Virus record (IMG/VR): IMGVR_UViG_3300017917_001996
Span: 186,001-250,000 of that record
Reading direction: 5' to 3' (one strand)
Length of the DNA stretch: 64,000 bases
Below are positions 46,223-54,093 of this stretch, piece by piece (position 1 is the first letter of the stretch; the number at the start of each line of letters is the position of its first letter). The position numbers and the translations under genes are program-made. The notes below the pieces were generated by a model that was not told the DNA's origin, made no database searches, and saw only the letters and a list, made by a program, of their open reading frames with translations.

Positions 46223-46398
46223 AACATGTAATCGAAACCCTTGAATCTAAAAACATTTACGATGTTTATTTTGCTAATGGTAAATTGTTTTTCCTTAATG
46301 AATGGGATGAGGATTCTATTCGCCGATTAATGAAAGATATTGCACCCGAGCTTAAAGAAACCGATATTGAATTAGATAGTCCAGAAACTAATTATTGA
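46219..46398 (+). CDS. Hypothetical protein (59 aa), not in the ORF track
   Basis: ATGA overlap with the upstream stop; fills the gap to the next promoter. Confidence 0.55.
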   Translation: MKHVIETLESKNIYDVYFANGKLFFLNEWDEDSIRRLMKDIAPELKETDIELDSPETNY

Positions 46399-46423
46399 CA
46401 CTGCTCTAGCTTAGTGCTACAAT
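46395..46423 (+). promoter_or_regulatory. sigma70-type promoter with extended -10
   Basis: TTGACA-N17-TACAAT with TG. Confidence 0.75.
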
Positions 46424-46447
46424 GCAGTTTTACACACAGAGGTCAAG

Positions 46448-46783
46448 ATGAAAGTTGTTCGCGAAACTACTGTTTGGAATCCTCCTGCCCCTAACGGCAA
46501 CCATACATATTTTGTCAATGACTCAATGACGCAGATGGTTGCCTACATTCGAGCTGGCACTCGCAAGAAGGTTACCTTTAGTAAACCAATAACCTTTGAC
46601 CGACGTGGTCGTACCTTTGTTGTTGTCAAGAACGTCGAAGATGAAAAGGAAAGCATCCGAGTCGAAGGTAGCAAAGGGCAAGTGTATAGTCTAACCAAGC
46701 ATGATGGCCAATGGCGTTGCAGTTGCCCTGGTCATGTGTACCGGGGTACCTGCAAGCACCTAAGCCTTGCGCCTAAGGAATAA
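46448..46783 (+). CDS. SWIM zinc-finger protein
   Basis: WRCSCPGHVYRGTCKHL (CxC...CxH). Confidence 0.75.
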   Translation: MKVVRETTVWNPPAPNGNHTYFVNDSMTQMVAYIRAGTRKKVTFSKPITFDRRGRTFVVVKNVEDEKESIRVEGSKGQVYSLTKHDGQWRCSCPGHVYRGTCKHLSLAPKE

Positions 46784-46785
46784 TT

Positions 46786-47025
46786 ATGGAAAAATGTTCA
46801 ACCTGCAGAAAAGATATAGACCCAAATTGTGATTACAATCAAGGACGGTGTCCGCATCGTCCTGCCACTACTACTGTTGAAAAAATTAAATCAGTAATGG
46901 CTTGGATCATTGTGGTTTTATCTGCAATTAACATATACCTTTACTGGGGAACTTCGGATGCCGTATATGCCTGGATTGTGGCATTTGTTGGCTGGTTAAA
47001 TGTTGCATTTTGTAAAGGAAAATAA
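46786..47025 (+). CDS. Membrane protein with a Cys-rich N-terminus
   Basis: CSTC...C...C..H followed by two hydrophobic helices. Confidence 0.55.
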   Translation: MEKCSTCRKDIDPNCDYNQGRCPHRPATTTVEKIKSVMAWIIVVLSAINIYLYWGTSDAVYAWIVAFVGWLNVAFCKGK

Positions 47026-47192
47026 TGGAAGTACAACCTAAAGATACTAGCCGCGGACATTTTTATGTTAGCCTTGTAAAAAGTTTTATTCGAATAGGAG
47101 CAGGTTGCTGGCTAATGGCAGGAAATTTGCTAATGGCAGGGGTATGTCTTATCCTAGCAGAAGTGTTAGGAATCGTTGAGGAATTGGTTTAA
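47025..47192 (+). CDS. Small membrane protein (55 aa), not in the ORF track
   Basis: HFYVSLVKSFIRIGAG...AEVLGIVEELV; overlaps both neighbouring start/stop codons. Confidence 0.6.
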   Translation: MEVQPKDTSRGHFYVSLVKSFIRIGAGCWLMAGNLLMAGVCLILAEVLGIVEELV

Positions 47193-47845
47193 TGAATTTT
47201 TCAAATGTCTTTTTAGATTTTCACTCGCCAAAGGTAGAAAAGCGTTCAGTTGAATTGCCTAATTCGGTAAATCGAAGACTGCTTATGAGCAACGTTTTCG
47301 GCGCCAAATTAGCAAAGTTTCTTGATCTATCAATGGATGGTGGCCCCTGGCTTGCAGGCGGTGCCGTTCGCAAAGTACTACTTGGCCAAACAATAGGGCA
47401 GTCTGATTGGGACATTTGGTTTAAATCTGCAGAGCAGTTTAGTCGCGCCGAAACTCTTATGCATCAACTAGGTGCTTCGGTTGCACACTCGTCTGAAAAT
47501 GCAATATCTTTTAAATGCGAATACGATGGGACCTTTCACAATGTTCAATTGATTCGTCGTAGGTATTTTGAGCGTCCAGAACAAGTTATTGGACAGTTTG
47601 ATTTTACTATTTGTCAGTTACTAACAGACGGCAACACTATACTAATGGGCGATGATACCGCCCTGGATCTTGATTCTAAGACAATACGTTTAGGGTCGTC
47701 ACCTATGCAGAACTATGTAATTTCTAGGTTAATCAAATACATGGTCTACGGTTATTACCCAAGTCAAGAACTCATTGAACACATCGAGTCGCAATCGGTT
47801 AATATTAATTGGACAGAGGGTCAACATGACTACGACGCAAGCTGA
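47192..47845 (+). CDS. Nucleotidyltransferase (CCA-adding / poly(A) polymerase head-domain-like)
   Basis: LAGGAVR, DWDIWF (DxD), FDFTICQ. Confidence 0.75.
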   Translation: MNFSNVFLDFHSPKVEKRSVELPNSVNRRLLMSNVFGAKLAKFLDLSMDGGPWLAGGAVRKVLLGQTIGQSDWDIWFKSAEQFSRAETLMHQLGASVAHSSENAISFKCEYDGTFHNVQLIRRRYFERPEQVIGQFDFTICQLLTDGNTILMGDDTALDLDSKTIRLGSSPMQNYVISRLIKYMVYGYYPSQELIEHIESQSVNINWTEGQHDYDAS

Positions 47846-48218
47846 TGCAGTCCTTCTTAGCCTACTAGGCCCAAGACCTGTGTTTTGGCGTAATCCTAAA
47901 TTTCCAGATACATTAACTGCCTGGAACGGTATATGCATGACACAGCGACATGCATTGATGTTAGCTGGAGAAAGATTTTGGGGTGCGTTTCCTACACCAG
48001 AGATGAAACATGCCGCAGACAGTCATTTGATGTTTTTGCACTCTGCAGGTGCGTTTGAGAATAGCGACAACTGGGGCAGGATCATTAACGGAAATTCTGG
48101 ATCAATGCACAATTGGTATCGCCGAAGACTTACACCATTCTTTGACAAAGAGCTAAAGGACCAAAAACCTCACGAAATTTTCAAATGGTTTGATCTAAAA
48201 GAATGGGCTAAAAACTAG
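47826..48218 (+). CDS. Hypothetical protein
   Basis: ATG 47826 in the ORF-track frame. Confidence 0.55.
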   Translation: MTTTQADAVLLSLLGPRPVFWRNPKFPDTLTAWNGICMTQRHALMLAGERFWGAFPTPEMKHAADSHLMFLHSAGAFENSDNWGRIINGNSGSMHNWYRRRLTPFFDKELKDQKPHEIFKWFDLKEWAKN

Positions 48219-48238
48219 GCTAAGTCAACCGAAAAAAT

Positions 48239-48311
48239 GTAATACTTGAGTACTACCTTTTAGAAACCCTAGTCTTGACCTGGGTTTCTGTCTGTGTTAT
48301 AATTTAGGCAT
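48239..48311 (+). promoter_or_regulatory. Strong sigma70 promoter with an inverted repeat across the -35 box (copy 2)
   Basis: AGAAACCC-N12-GGGTTTCT; TTGACC(48275)-N17-TATAAT(48298) with extended TG; upstream TGTAATACTT..GTACTA. Confidence 0.8.
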
Positions 48312-48354
48312 AGTAAGCAATAAGGAACAGCAAAAAACTTGTTTCAAAAAACGG

Positions 48355-48383
48355 TTGCACTGCTATCCAAAATCGCTTATAAT
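48355..48383 (+). promoter_or_regulatory. Second, tandem sigma70 promoter
   Basis: TTGCAC-N17-TATAAT. Confidence 0.7.
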
Positions 48384-48413
48384 AACAGCATACTGACACA
48401 CACAGGAGCCCAA

Positions 48414-49433
48414 ATGTCGCAAGCTAACATCCGCATCAAATCTGGCATGTACCGCACCTTTCCTGCAGACGGTAAGGTGTTTGCACTAGTTGAGCAGTAC
48501 AAGCGTACAGCCAAAGGCGGATATGTAACCGTTGTCAATGGTGGTGCATTTCCTGGCTTCCCTGACGAGATTCGCATCAAAGTTGAGGGACCTGCTGACT
48601 ACGAGTTTGTAACTGGCAACGATGCAGTTGCAGTTGCATCTGCAGAAGTTGCACCTACCCAGACTGATGAAGAACGCATTGCAGAAATTGCAGAGCGTTT
48701 TGACATCCTGCATGACATGACTAAGGCTGCAATCAGTGGCGACATCCGTGCTATGATTGTGTCGGGCCCGCCTGGAGTTGGCAAGAGCTTTGGTGTTGAG
48801 CAAGAAATCGAAAAGGCTTGCCTGTTGGATCAATTGGCTGGCAAACGAATCCGCGCCGAAGTTGTCAAAGGCAGTGCTACTCCTATCGGTCTGTACCAAA
48901 CCCTGTACAAATACTCGGATCCTAACTGCGTGGTTGTGTTCGATGACTGCGATAGTATCCTGCTTGACGATGTGAGTTTGAACTTGCTCAAAGGTGCTTT
49001 GGATTCGGGTAAGAAGCGTAAAATCAGTTGGCTCAGCGAATCCAGTGCCTTGCGCCGCGAAGGCATTCCTGACAGCTTCGAATTCAAAGGTAGTGTGGTA
49101 TTCATTACTAACCTCAAGTTTGATGCAATGAAGAGCCAGAAGCTCAAGGATCACCTGGACGCATTGCAGAGCCGTTGCCACTATCTGGACCTGACTCTTG
49201 ATACTATGCGTGATAAGATTCTGCGTATCAAACAAATTGCTCGAGACGGCGAACTGTTTGCAGACCTGGATATCTCCGAAGCTGGTAGCGATGAGATCAT
49301 CGAGTTTATGGACACTAACAAGAACAAACTGCGCGAAATGAGTCTGCGTATGGCTCTTAAGATCGCTCAACTCTACAAGAGCTTTCCGCTTCGTTGGAAA
49401 GCCCTGGCAACCACTACCTGTATGAAAGTTTAA
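48414..49433 (+). CDS. P-loop (AAA+-like) ATPase with a small N-terminal domain
   Basis: GPPGVGKS, VVVFDDCD, FITN (sensor 1), ALQSR (Arg finger); SD AGGAG before ATG 48414. Confidence 0.85.
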   Translation: MSQANIRIKSGMYRTFPADGKVFALVEQYKRTAKGGYVTVVNGGAFPGFPDEIRIKVEGPADYEFVTGNDAVAVASAEVAPTQTDEERIAEIAERFDILHDMTKAAISGDIRAMIVSGPPGVGKSFGVEQEIEKACLLDQLAGKRIRAEVVKGSATPIGLYQTLYKYSDPNCVVVFDDCDSILLDDVSLNLLKGALDSGKKRKISWLSESSALRREGIPDSFEFKGSVVFITNLKFDAMKSQKLKDHLDALQSRCHYLDLTLDTMRDKILRIKQIARDGELFADLDISEAGSDEIIEFMDTNKNKLREMSLRMALKIAQLYKSFPLRWKALATTTCMKV

Positions 49434-49435
49434 TA

Positions 49436-49588
49436 ATGAATTGGCTGGCACTAATCAATTTATATTTTGTATTTTTCAGTTGGCGTTGGGCTAACGAATC
49501 ATTCAAGAATGGAAACAATGGTGCAGGTTGGTTCAACATCTTTGCTAGTGCATTGAACGCCGCGGCAGTGGCAAGTGTCATTTTTTAA
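49436..49588 (+). CDS. Small membrane protein
   Basis: Two hydrophobic segments. Confidence 0.55.
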   Translation: MNWLALINLYFVFFSWRWANESFKNGNNGAGWFNIFASALNAAAVASVIF

Positions 49589-49598
49589 GGAGTTAGTT

Positions 49599-49781
49599 AT
49601 GACTTGGGTTTTGGTTTTGTTCCTTCATGCAGGTATGCTCAGCGAAAAAGATAGCATGGCTTTGACAAGTGTGCCAGGTTTCAAAACTGAAGCCGCTTGC
49701 CTGGCTGCTGGTAAACAAAGTGAGGCCTTGGGTAAACGCACTACTAAGGAAGTTAAGTTTGTTTGTCTTAAGCAAGACTAA
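49599..49781 (+). CDS. Small secreted/membrane protein with a Cys pair
   Basis: SD AAGGAG; WVLVLFL...FKTEAAC...FVCLK. Confidence 0.6.
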   Translation: MTWVLVLFLHAGMLSEKDSMALTSVPGFKTEAACLAAGKQSEALGKRTTKEVKFVCLKQD

Positions 49782-49792
49782 GGAGATTGATC

Positions 49793-49945
49793 ATGGAAAT
49801 GAAATGGGCAATGATTACCATGTGTGTATTGTTCGGTGGCATGTTTGTAGGTCTTAGTGTTGAAAAGTATCAACAAAACCAATGCCGCATCGCAAGTGTC
49901 CAAGCAGGTAAGTCTTCTGACGACATCGCAAAAATTTGTAAGTGA
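49793..49945 (+). CDS. Small membrane-anchored protein with a Cys pair (50 aa), not in the ORF track
   Basis: SD AAGGAG; N-terminal TM helix, then CRIA...KIC. Confidence 0.6.
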   Translation: MEMKWAMITMCVLFGGMFVGLSVEKYQQNQCRIASVQAGKSSDDIAKICK

Positions 49946-49952
49946 GGTAATT

Positions 49953-50396
49953 ATGGGACTTGATCAATACGCATACGTGGCTGCACAAGCCGGCGAACGT
50001 GATGCATACTATGATGCTGATGGTAGTTTTGAAGACGGCGAATGGGTAGTACCGGGCAAGACTAAGCCGCGTGAAATTGCCTATTGGCGCAAGCATCCTA
50101 ATTTGCAAGGCTGGATGGAGTTTACTTGGAAACGTAAGCTAATTGAGTCAAAACAAGAAGAGCCCAACGACGATGGTTGGGGCAGTAGCTTTAACGGTAT
50201 CGAATTGGAATTAACACTTGAAGATCTCGATGCACTCGAGCAAGATGTGTTGCATGGCAGACTGCCTAAGACTTCAGGTTTCTTCTTTGGTAATGATTCC
50301 GACGATCATTACAAGCAACATGACCTAGAGTTTATTAAACAAGCTCGTGTAGATATTGCATCCGGACTCAAAGTATTTTACAATTCAAGTTGGTAA
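49953..50396 (+). CDS. Conserved phage hypothetical protein (MGLDQY...YWRKH...GFFFG type)
   Basis: SD GAGG; recognisable phage motif set. Confidence 0.7.
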   Translation: MGLDQYAYVAAQAGERDAYYDADGSFEDGEWVVPGKTKPREIAYWRKHPNLQGWMEFTWKRKLIESKQEEPNDDGWGSSFNGIELELTLEDLDALEQDVLHGRLPKTSGFFFGNDSDDHYKQHDLEFIKQARVDIASGLKVFYNSSW

Positions 50397-50397
50397 C

Positions 50398-50610
50398 ATG
50401 AACGAAATAATTGAACAATTAGCTGAACTAGCAACCGAAGACATGGAGTTTGTTGACGATACTGTGTTGCGTGTTACAGCCGAGACAGGTATTGAATACG
50501 AGATACCTGCCGAATTCATTAAAGCATTTGCCGAATTGATTGTTCGTGAATGTGCTACGTTAGCATATGATGGACCTGGGGGCATTTTGGAACATTTTGG
50601 AGTTGAATAA
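50398..50610 (+). CDS. Phage hypothetical protein (FAELIVRECA...HFGVE type)
   Basis: Recognisable motif. Confidence 0.65.
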   Translation: MNEIIEQLAELATEDMEFVDDTVLRVTAETGIEYEIPAEFIKAFAELIVRECATLAYDGPGGILEHFGVE

Positions 50611-50975
50611 TGTCTGGCTACCACATGATTTTGAAGTGTGAAAAGATTAGAGAACGAGCCGACAAACTTGGCTTTATGCTTTGCTATCCTCGTAATGGTT
50701 GGGGTGGCAGTCGCGGTGATGACTATGTTGCTATTAAACCAAAGGACAAAGAAGCATTGCCTATCTATAGTCGCGATGCTGAACTGTTTTGTGGTACAAT
50801 CGACGATCTAGAATCATTCTTTCAAGGTATCGAGTGGGCACGACAGTACGACGACATGCTTAGAGTGTCTACGTCAGTCAAGCGTGAACGCAAAGAACAA
50901 GATTATAGAAATCAGAAACTTCTTCGAATGATTAAAGAAGGGCAAGACCCAGATGACCATTCCGTCCGAACATAA
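50610..50975 (+). CDS. Hypothetical protein
   Basis: Coupled start/stop. Confidence 0.65.
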   Translation: MSGYHMILKCEKIRERADKLGFMLCYPRNGWGGSRGDDYVAIKPKDKEALPIYSRDAELFCGTIDDLESFFQGIEWARQYDDMLRVSTSVKRERKEQDYRNQKLLRMIKEGQDPDDHSVRT

Positions 50976-51345
50976 AGTAGATATTATCCAAAGTGGCATG
51001 ACTTTTATGCGAGCTATCACAGAAGCCTACGGCGTCGACGAAGGCATGCGACTTTGGGATACTATTGCCGACACTCTTGACCCGGATTTCAAAGGTCAGA
51101 TTTTCTTAGCCATGCTCACCGGTCAATATACCAACGTCATTTATGTAACAGGGCACAATATCGGCGCTGATCGTGTTCGTATGATCAAGACTGTACGTAA
51201 CATTGATAAGCGAGGACTTGGTTTGAAAGAAGCCAAAGATATGTGTGATTCATTGAGTGCAGGTGTACCCTTTAAACTTGAAATTAATCCCGAAGCAAGG
51301 TCTATCAGCCTGAGCGAATTGCGTAAAGCAGGATTTTATGTATGA
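50953..51345 (+). CDS. Protein with a C-terminal ribosomal protein L7/L12 (bL12) CTD-like domain
   Basis: RVRMIKTVRNIDKRGLGLKEAKDMCD matches the bL12 KIxVIKxVR...GLGLKEAKxxVE motif. Confidence 0.65.
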   Translation: MTIPSEHKVDIIQSGMTFMRAITEAYGVDEGMRLWDTIADTLDPDFKGQIFLAMLTGQYTNVIYVTGHNIGADRVRMIKTVRNIDKRGLGLKEAKDMCDSLSAGVPFKLEINPEARSISLSELRKAGFYV

Positions 51346-51827
51346 AAAAAACATTCTATGAAAAAGTTGGCCGCAAATACGTACCAGTACGTGAGTACGA
51401 TAGCGACTTGGTAGATTCCTTACCCAAAGGTACTCACGTAATCATGTGCTACCCTGGCGGACAGTCGACTCGCTATAATGTAGACCCGAACTATGTGGCA
51501 CTGATTGCCGCAGGGCGTGTTGCCGAAGATGCTATTTCTGAGGCAATAATGAAAGCTACAGAAATTCGCAGGCAACAACGTTATGAAAAAGGCACACCGT
51601 TGACACCGGGCCAAAAAGCCGCTTGGGAAAAACTCGTCGAAGAGTTTGGCCCAGAAGCTAAACAACTTGAGTGGGCAAGTGTGCGAGAATGCGCTGAAGC
51701 TGGTAATCAGGCTTTACAAGAACAGGCAAATCTGTTATTATCTAATCCTACAGTTCGTGCAGCCTATGAACAATTTATTATGGTTTGCGAACTGTCCAAA
51801 GGTGCCACATACAAGGAAGACAAATGA
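51342..51827 (+). CDS. Hypothetical protein
   Basis: FYEKVGRKYVPV N-terminus; coupled. Confidence 0.65.
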   Translation: MKKTFYEKVGRKYVPVREYDSDLVDSLPKGTHVIMCYPGGQSTRYNVDPNYVALIAAGRVAEDAISEAIMKATEIRRQQRYEKGTPLTPGQKAAWEKLVEEFGPEAKQLEWASVRECAEAGNQALQEQANLLLSNPTVRAAYEQFIMVCELSKGATYKEDK

Positions 51828-52357
51828 TTACTCTTAAAGATTTTATGGAAACAGTTGACTATCGTATCACCGAAGGTAGTGACTACTACGGCCTAGGTCA
51901 GTCTGCATATACATTCACATACTGGAATGGTGATCAGGATGGTTGCAGTGTTAGCATAGTGTTTAGCACCGCCGACCAAGCAGTGCTAATTGCAGAAGTT
52001 TGTGACTATTCTGCAGATCGCGCATATCGTCTAATTTGTCCAAGTGTGCAAAATCAAAGAACGGACAAAGAGGCTTGGGATTCTGTTAAATGGACTGATC
52101 TGGAAACTGATCAAGACTGGCTGGAAAAAGCTGGTGCTATTGTTCGTGGCGAAGAGTACGATACTCGTGTAAGCATTCCTCTGGACTTCACAGACGAGGA
52201 ATTGCTCAAGTACATGATCATGGCACACGAACGTGAAATGACGTTTAATCAATTTGTTGAACAAGCATTGCAGAGTGCTATCGACGATTACAAAAATGAT
52301 CCTGATGGGTTCAAGGCTCGGGCTGCTCGTTGGAAAGAAATGAATGACCCTGCCTGA
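51824..52357 (+). CDS. Hypothetical protein
   Basis: ATGA overlap; SD AAGGA. Confidence 0.65.
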   Translation: MITLKDFMETVDYRITEGSDYYGLGQSAYTFTYWNGDQDGCSVSIVFSTADQAVLIAEVCDYSADRAYRLICPSVQNQRTDKEAWDSVKWTDLETDQDWLEKAGAIVRGEEYDTRVSIPLDFTDEELLKYMIMAHEREMTFNQFVEQALQSAIDDYKNDPDGFKARAARWKEMNDPA

Positions 52358-52598
52358 CGAAAGGTATCGAGCTGTCTTGTGGGCCGGACGTTTTCTTCGA
52401 GATGTGGCCTACAATACAAAACAGTATCCTCGTGTACCTGAGACTGTCAGAAAAGAAGCATCTAGCATTTTACGTCATTTTCCATTGGAATACGAAATGA
52501 AGTGTGCCGCAGAGGCTGCACCGGAAGTATTCCAAGAACGTATGGATCCATTGCATCGATTATTGGTACAGCACCAACAAGAAACCGAACAAAAATGA
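52344..52598 (+). CDS. Conserved phage hypothetical protein (MTLPDERYRA...PRVP...LRHFP type)
   Basis: Recognisable motif. Confidence 0.65.
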   Translation: MTLPDERYRAVLWAGRFLRDVAYNTKQYPRVPETVRKEASSILRHFPLEYEMKCAAEAAPEVFQERMDPLHRLLVQHQQETEQK

Positions 52599-52906
52599 CC
52601 ACATACATTGCTTACTTTGATAGTCTTGGGTTTGAGTTTATATTCGACTTGACTAACTATGAGCACGAGCAGTTGCTAGGTATACTTGGCGACAAGCCAA
52701 TAAGTAATCGTATTCCGCAATACGCTATCCTTCGTGCCAAGTCAAACCCACAAAGATTTCCTGAAATCTGGGCGTTTGATTCTGATGTAGACCAAAACAC
52801 TTTAGATGAGTTAGCAAGGGAATCGCCGCAGATGCTAGCCGACTTAATTAGGAAACACGGCGAGCCAATATATCAAACTCCAAAACAAAAGTCAGTTATA
52901 GTTTAA
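52595..52906 (+). CDS. Hypothetical protein
   Basis: ATGA overlap; ends at a terminator. Confidence 0.6.
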   Translation: MTTYIAYFDSLGFEFIFDLTNYEHEQLLGILGDKPISNRIPQYAILRAKSNPQRFPEIWAFDSDVDQNTLDELARESPQMLADLIRKHGEPIYQTPKQKSVIV

Positions 52907-52931
52907 TACCCGGAGCCCCGGGTATTTTTTT
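52905..52931 (+). terminator. Rho-independent terminator abutting the next -35 box
   Basis: AATACCCGG-AGCC-CCGGGTATT followed by a T run. Confidence 0.8.
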
Positions 52932-52958
52932 GACATTATCCTAGTAGTATGCTAAACT
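52930..52958 (+). promoter_or_regulatory. sigma70-type promoter, probably leaderless
   Basis: TTGACA-N17-TAAACT with extended TG; ATG 6 nt downstream. Confidence 0.7.
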
Positions 52959-52964
52959 TATAAG

Positions 52965-54092
52965 ATGCAAAAACAGTCTTTTCGTTACCTAGAAGATTAT
53001 ATTGAATACCTTGCTGGATTCCCTATGACTAATAATGTTAGGCCGGGTACAGTGAGCTTGGCTAGATACGACACGCAGATTGTTGCTAGTATTGCAAACC
53101 AAACGTTCAATGGTACCGGCTTCAGTGATCGACAAGCCCTACTAGCTCATAAGTTGGTAGTAAAGTATAAAAGGCAATTTGCCAACAATGGAATTCTAAT
53201 TGGCGAACATGAAGAAGACCCAAAGTTTCGATTACCACTTAGACAAGTTGATCGTTCTAAAATTATTACCCTTAATGATAAAAAAATTGTTGTACGTTTT
53301 CCCTACGACGTTAAAATGATTGATGCTCTACGAGAGTATGGTAAAAAGATTCCCAGCGAGTTGAGATTTAACAAACCCAATCGACAGTGGGAAGCTGACA
53401 TTACTGAACCAAGAGTTCTTTGGGCCTGCGAGTTTGCTGATAAATATGAGTTTGAGATTGATACGGTATTGCTAGAGCTTAGAGAAAAGATCGATCATTG
53501 CCAACAAATAAGGTATGCCATTGAGCTGGATTATGTTGACAATCAGATAGTTATTTCTAATGCTGAGTCTAGTCTATTAGATTATATTAACAGCAACGTT
53601 GGTGGACTTGGCAAAGACAATCTACTAAACTTAATTGACCAAAGTAGCATTTTAGGCTACACGGTTAGTGAAAAGATCATTACACTCTATGACTTCGGCC
53701 AAGTTGACAAAAGGTTAGCACTAAAGAAAGAAAGTCATTTTCCTTGGAATGACGAAGGCAGCTTTGAAAAAATCGTAGACTATGCTGAATGGTCGCAAAG
53801 ATATCCTATATTTGTTTTTGATCCATTGAACGAAAATAAACCTAATAACCCAGTCCTTGAAAAATTAAAAAATCATTTTAAAGACGAGTTAGAAGTAGTC
53901 GGCGCTCGACAAAAACGTATCGATTACCAAAATAAGAAGTGTGTATACTTAACCCACTGGCATTCTAGCTGGCAAATGAAGATTCCTTTGCTGGTTACAC
54001 TAACAGGGCTAATGGTTGGGTTAAAGAAACAACACATACTTCAGCACTCAGAAAAGATTGTATTTTCTTCTGAGATTCTCTATAATCCATAA
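52965..54092 (+). CDS. Hypothetical protein with a possible HARP-like segment, upstream of UvsW
   Basis: VVRFPYDVKMIDALRE...RFNKPNRQWE. Confidence 0.6.
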   Translation: MQKQSFRYLEDYIEYLAGFPMTNNVRPGTVSLARYDTQIVASIANQTFNGTGFSDRQALLAHKLVVKYKRQFANNGILIGEHEEDPKFRLPLRQVDRSKIITLNDKKIVVRFPYDVKMIDALREYGKKIPSELRFNKPNRQWEADITEPRVLWACEFADKYEFEIDTVLLELREKIDHCQQIRYAIELDYVDNQIVISNAESSLLDYINSNVGGLGKDNLLNLIDQSSILGYTVSEKIITLYDFGQVDKRLALKKESHFPWNDEGSFEKIVDYAEWSQRYPIFVFDPLNENKPNNPVLEKLKNHFKDELEVVGARQKRIDYQNKKCVYLTHWHSSWQMKIPLLVTLTGLMVGLKKQHILQHSEKIVFSSEILYNP

Positions 54093-54093
54093 T

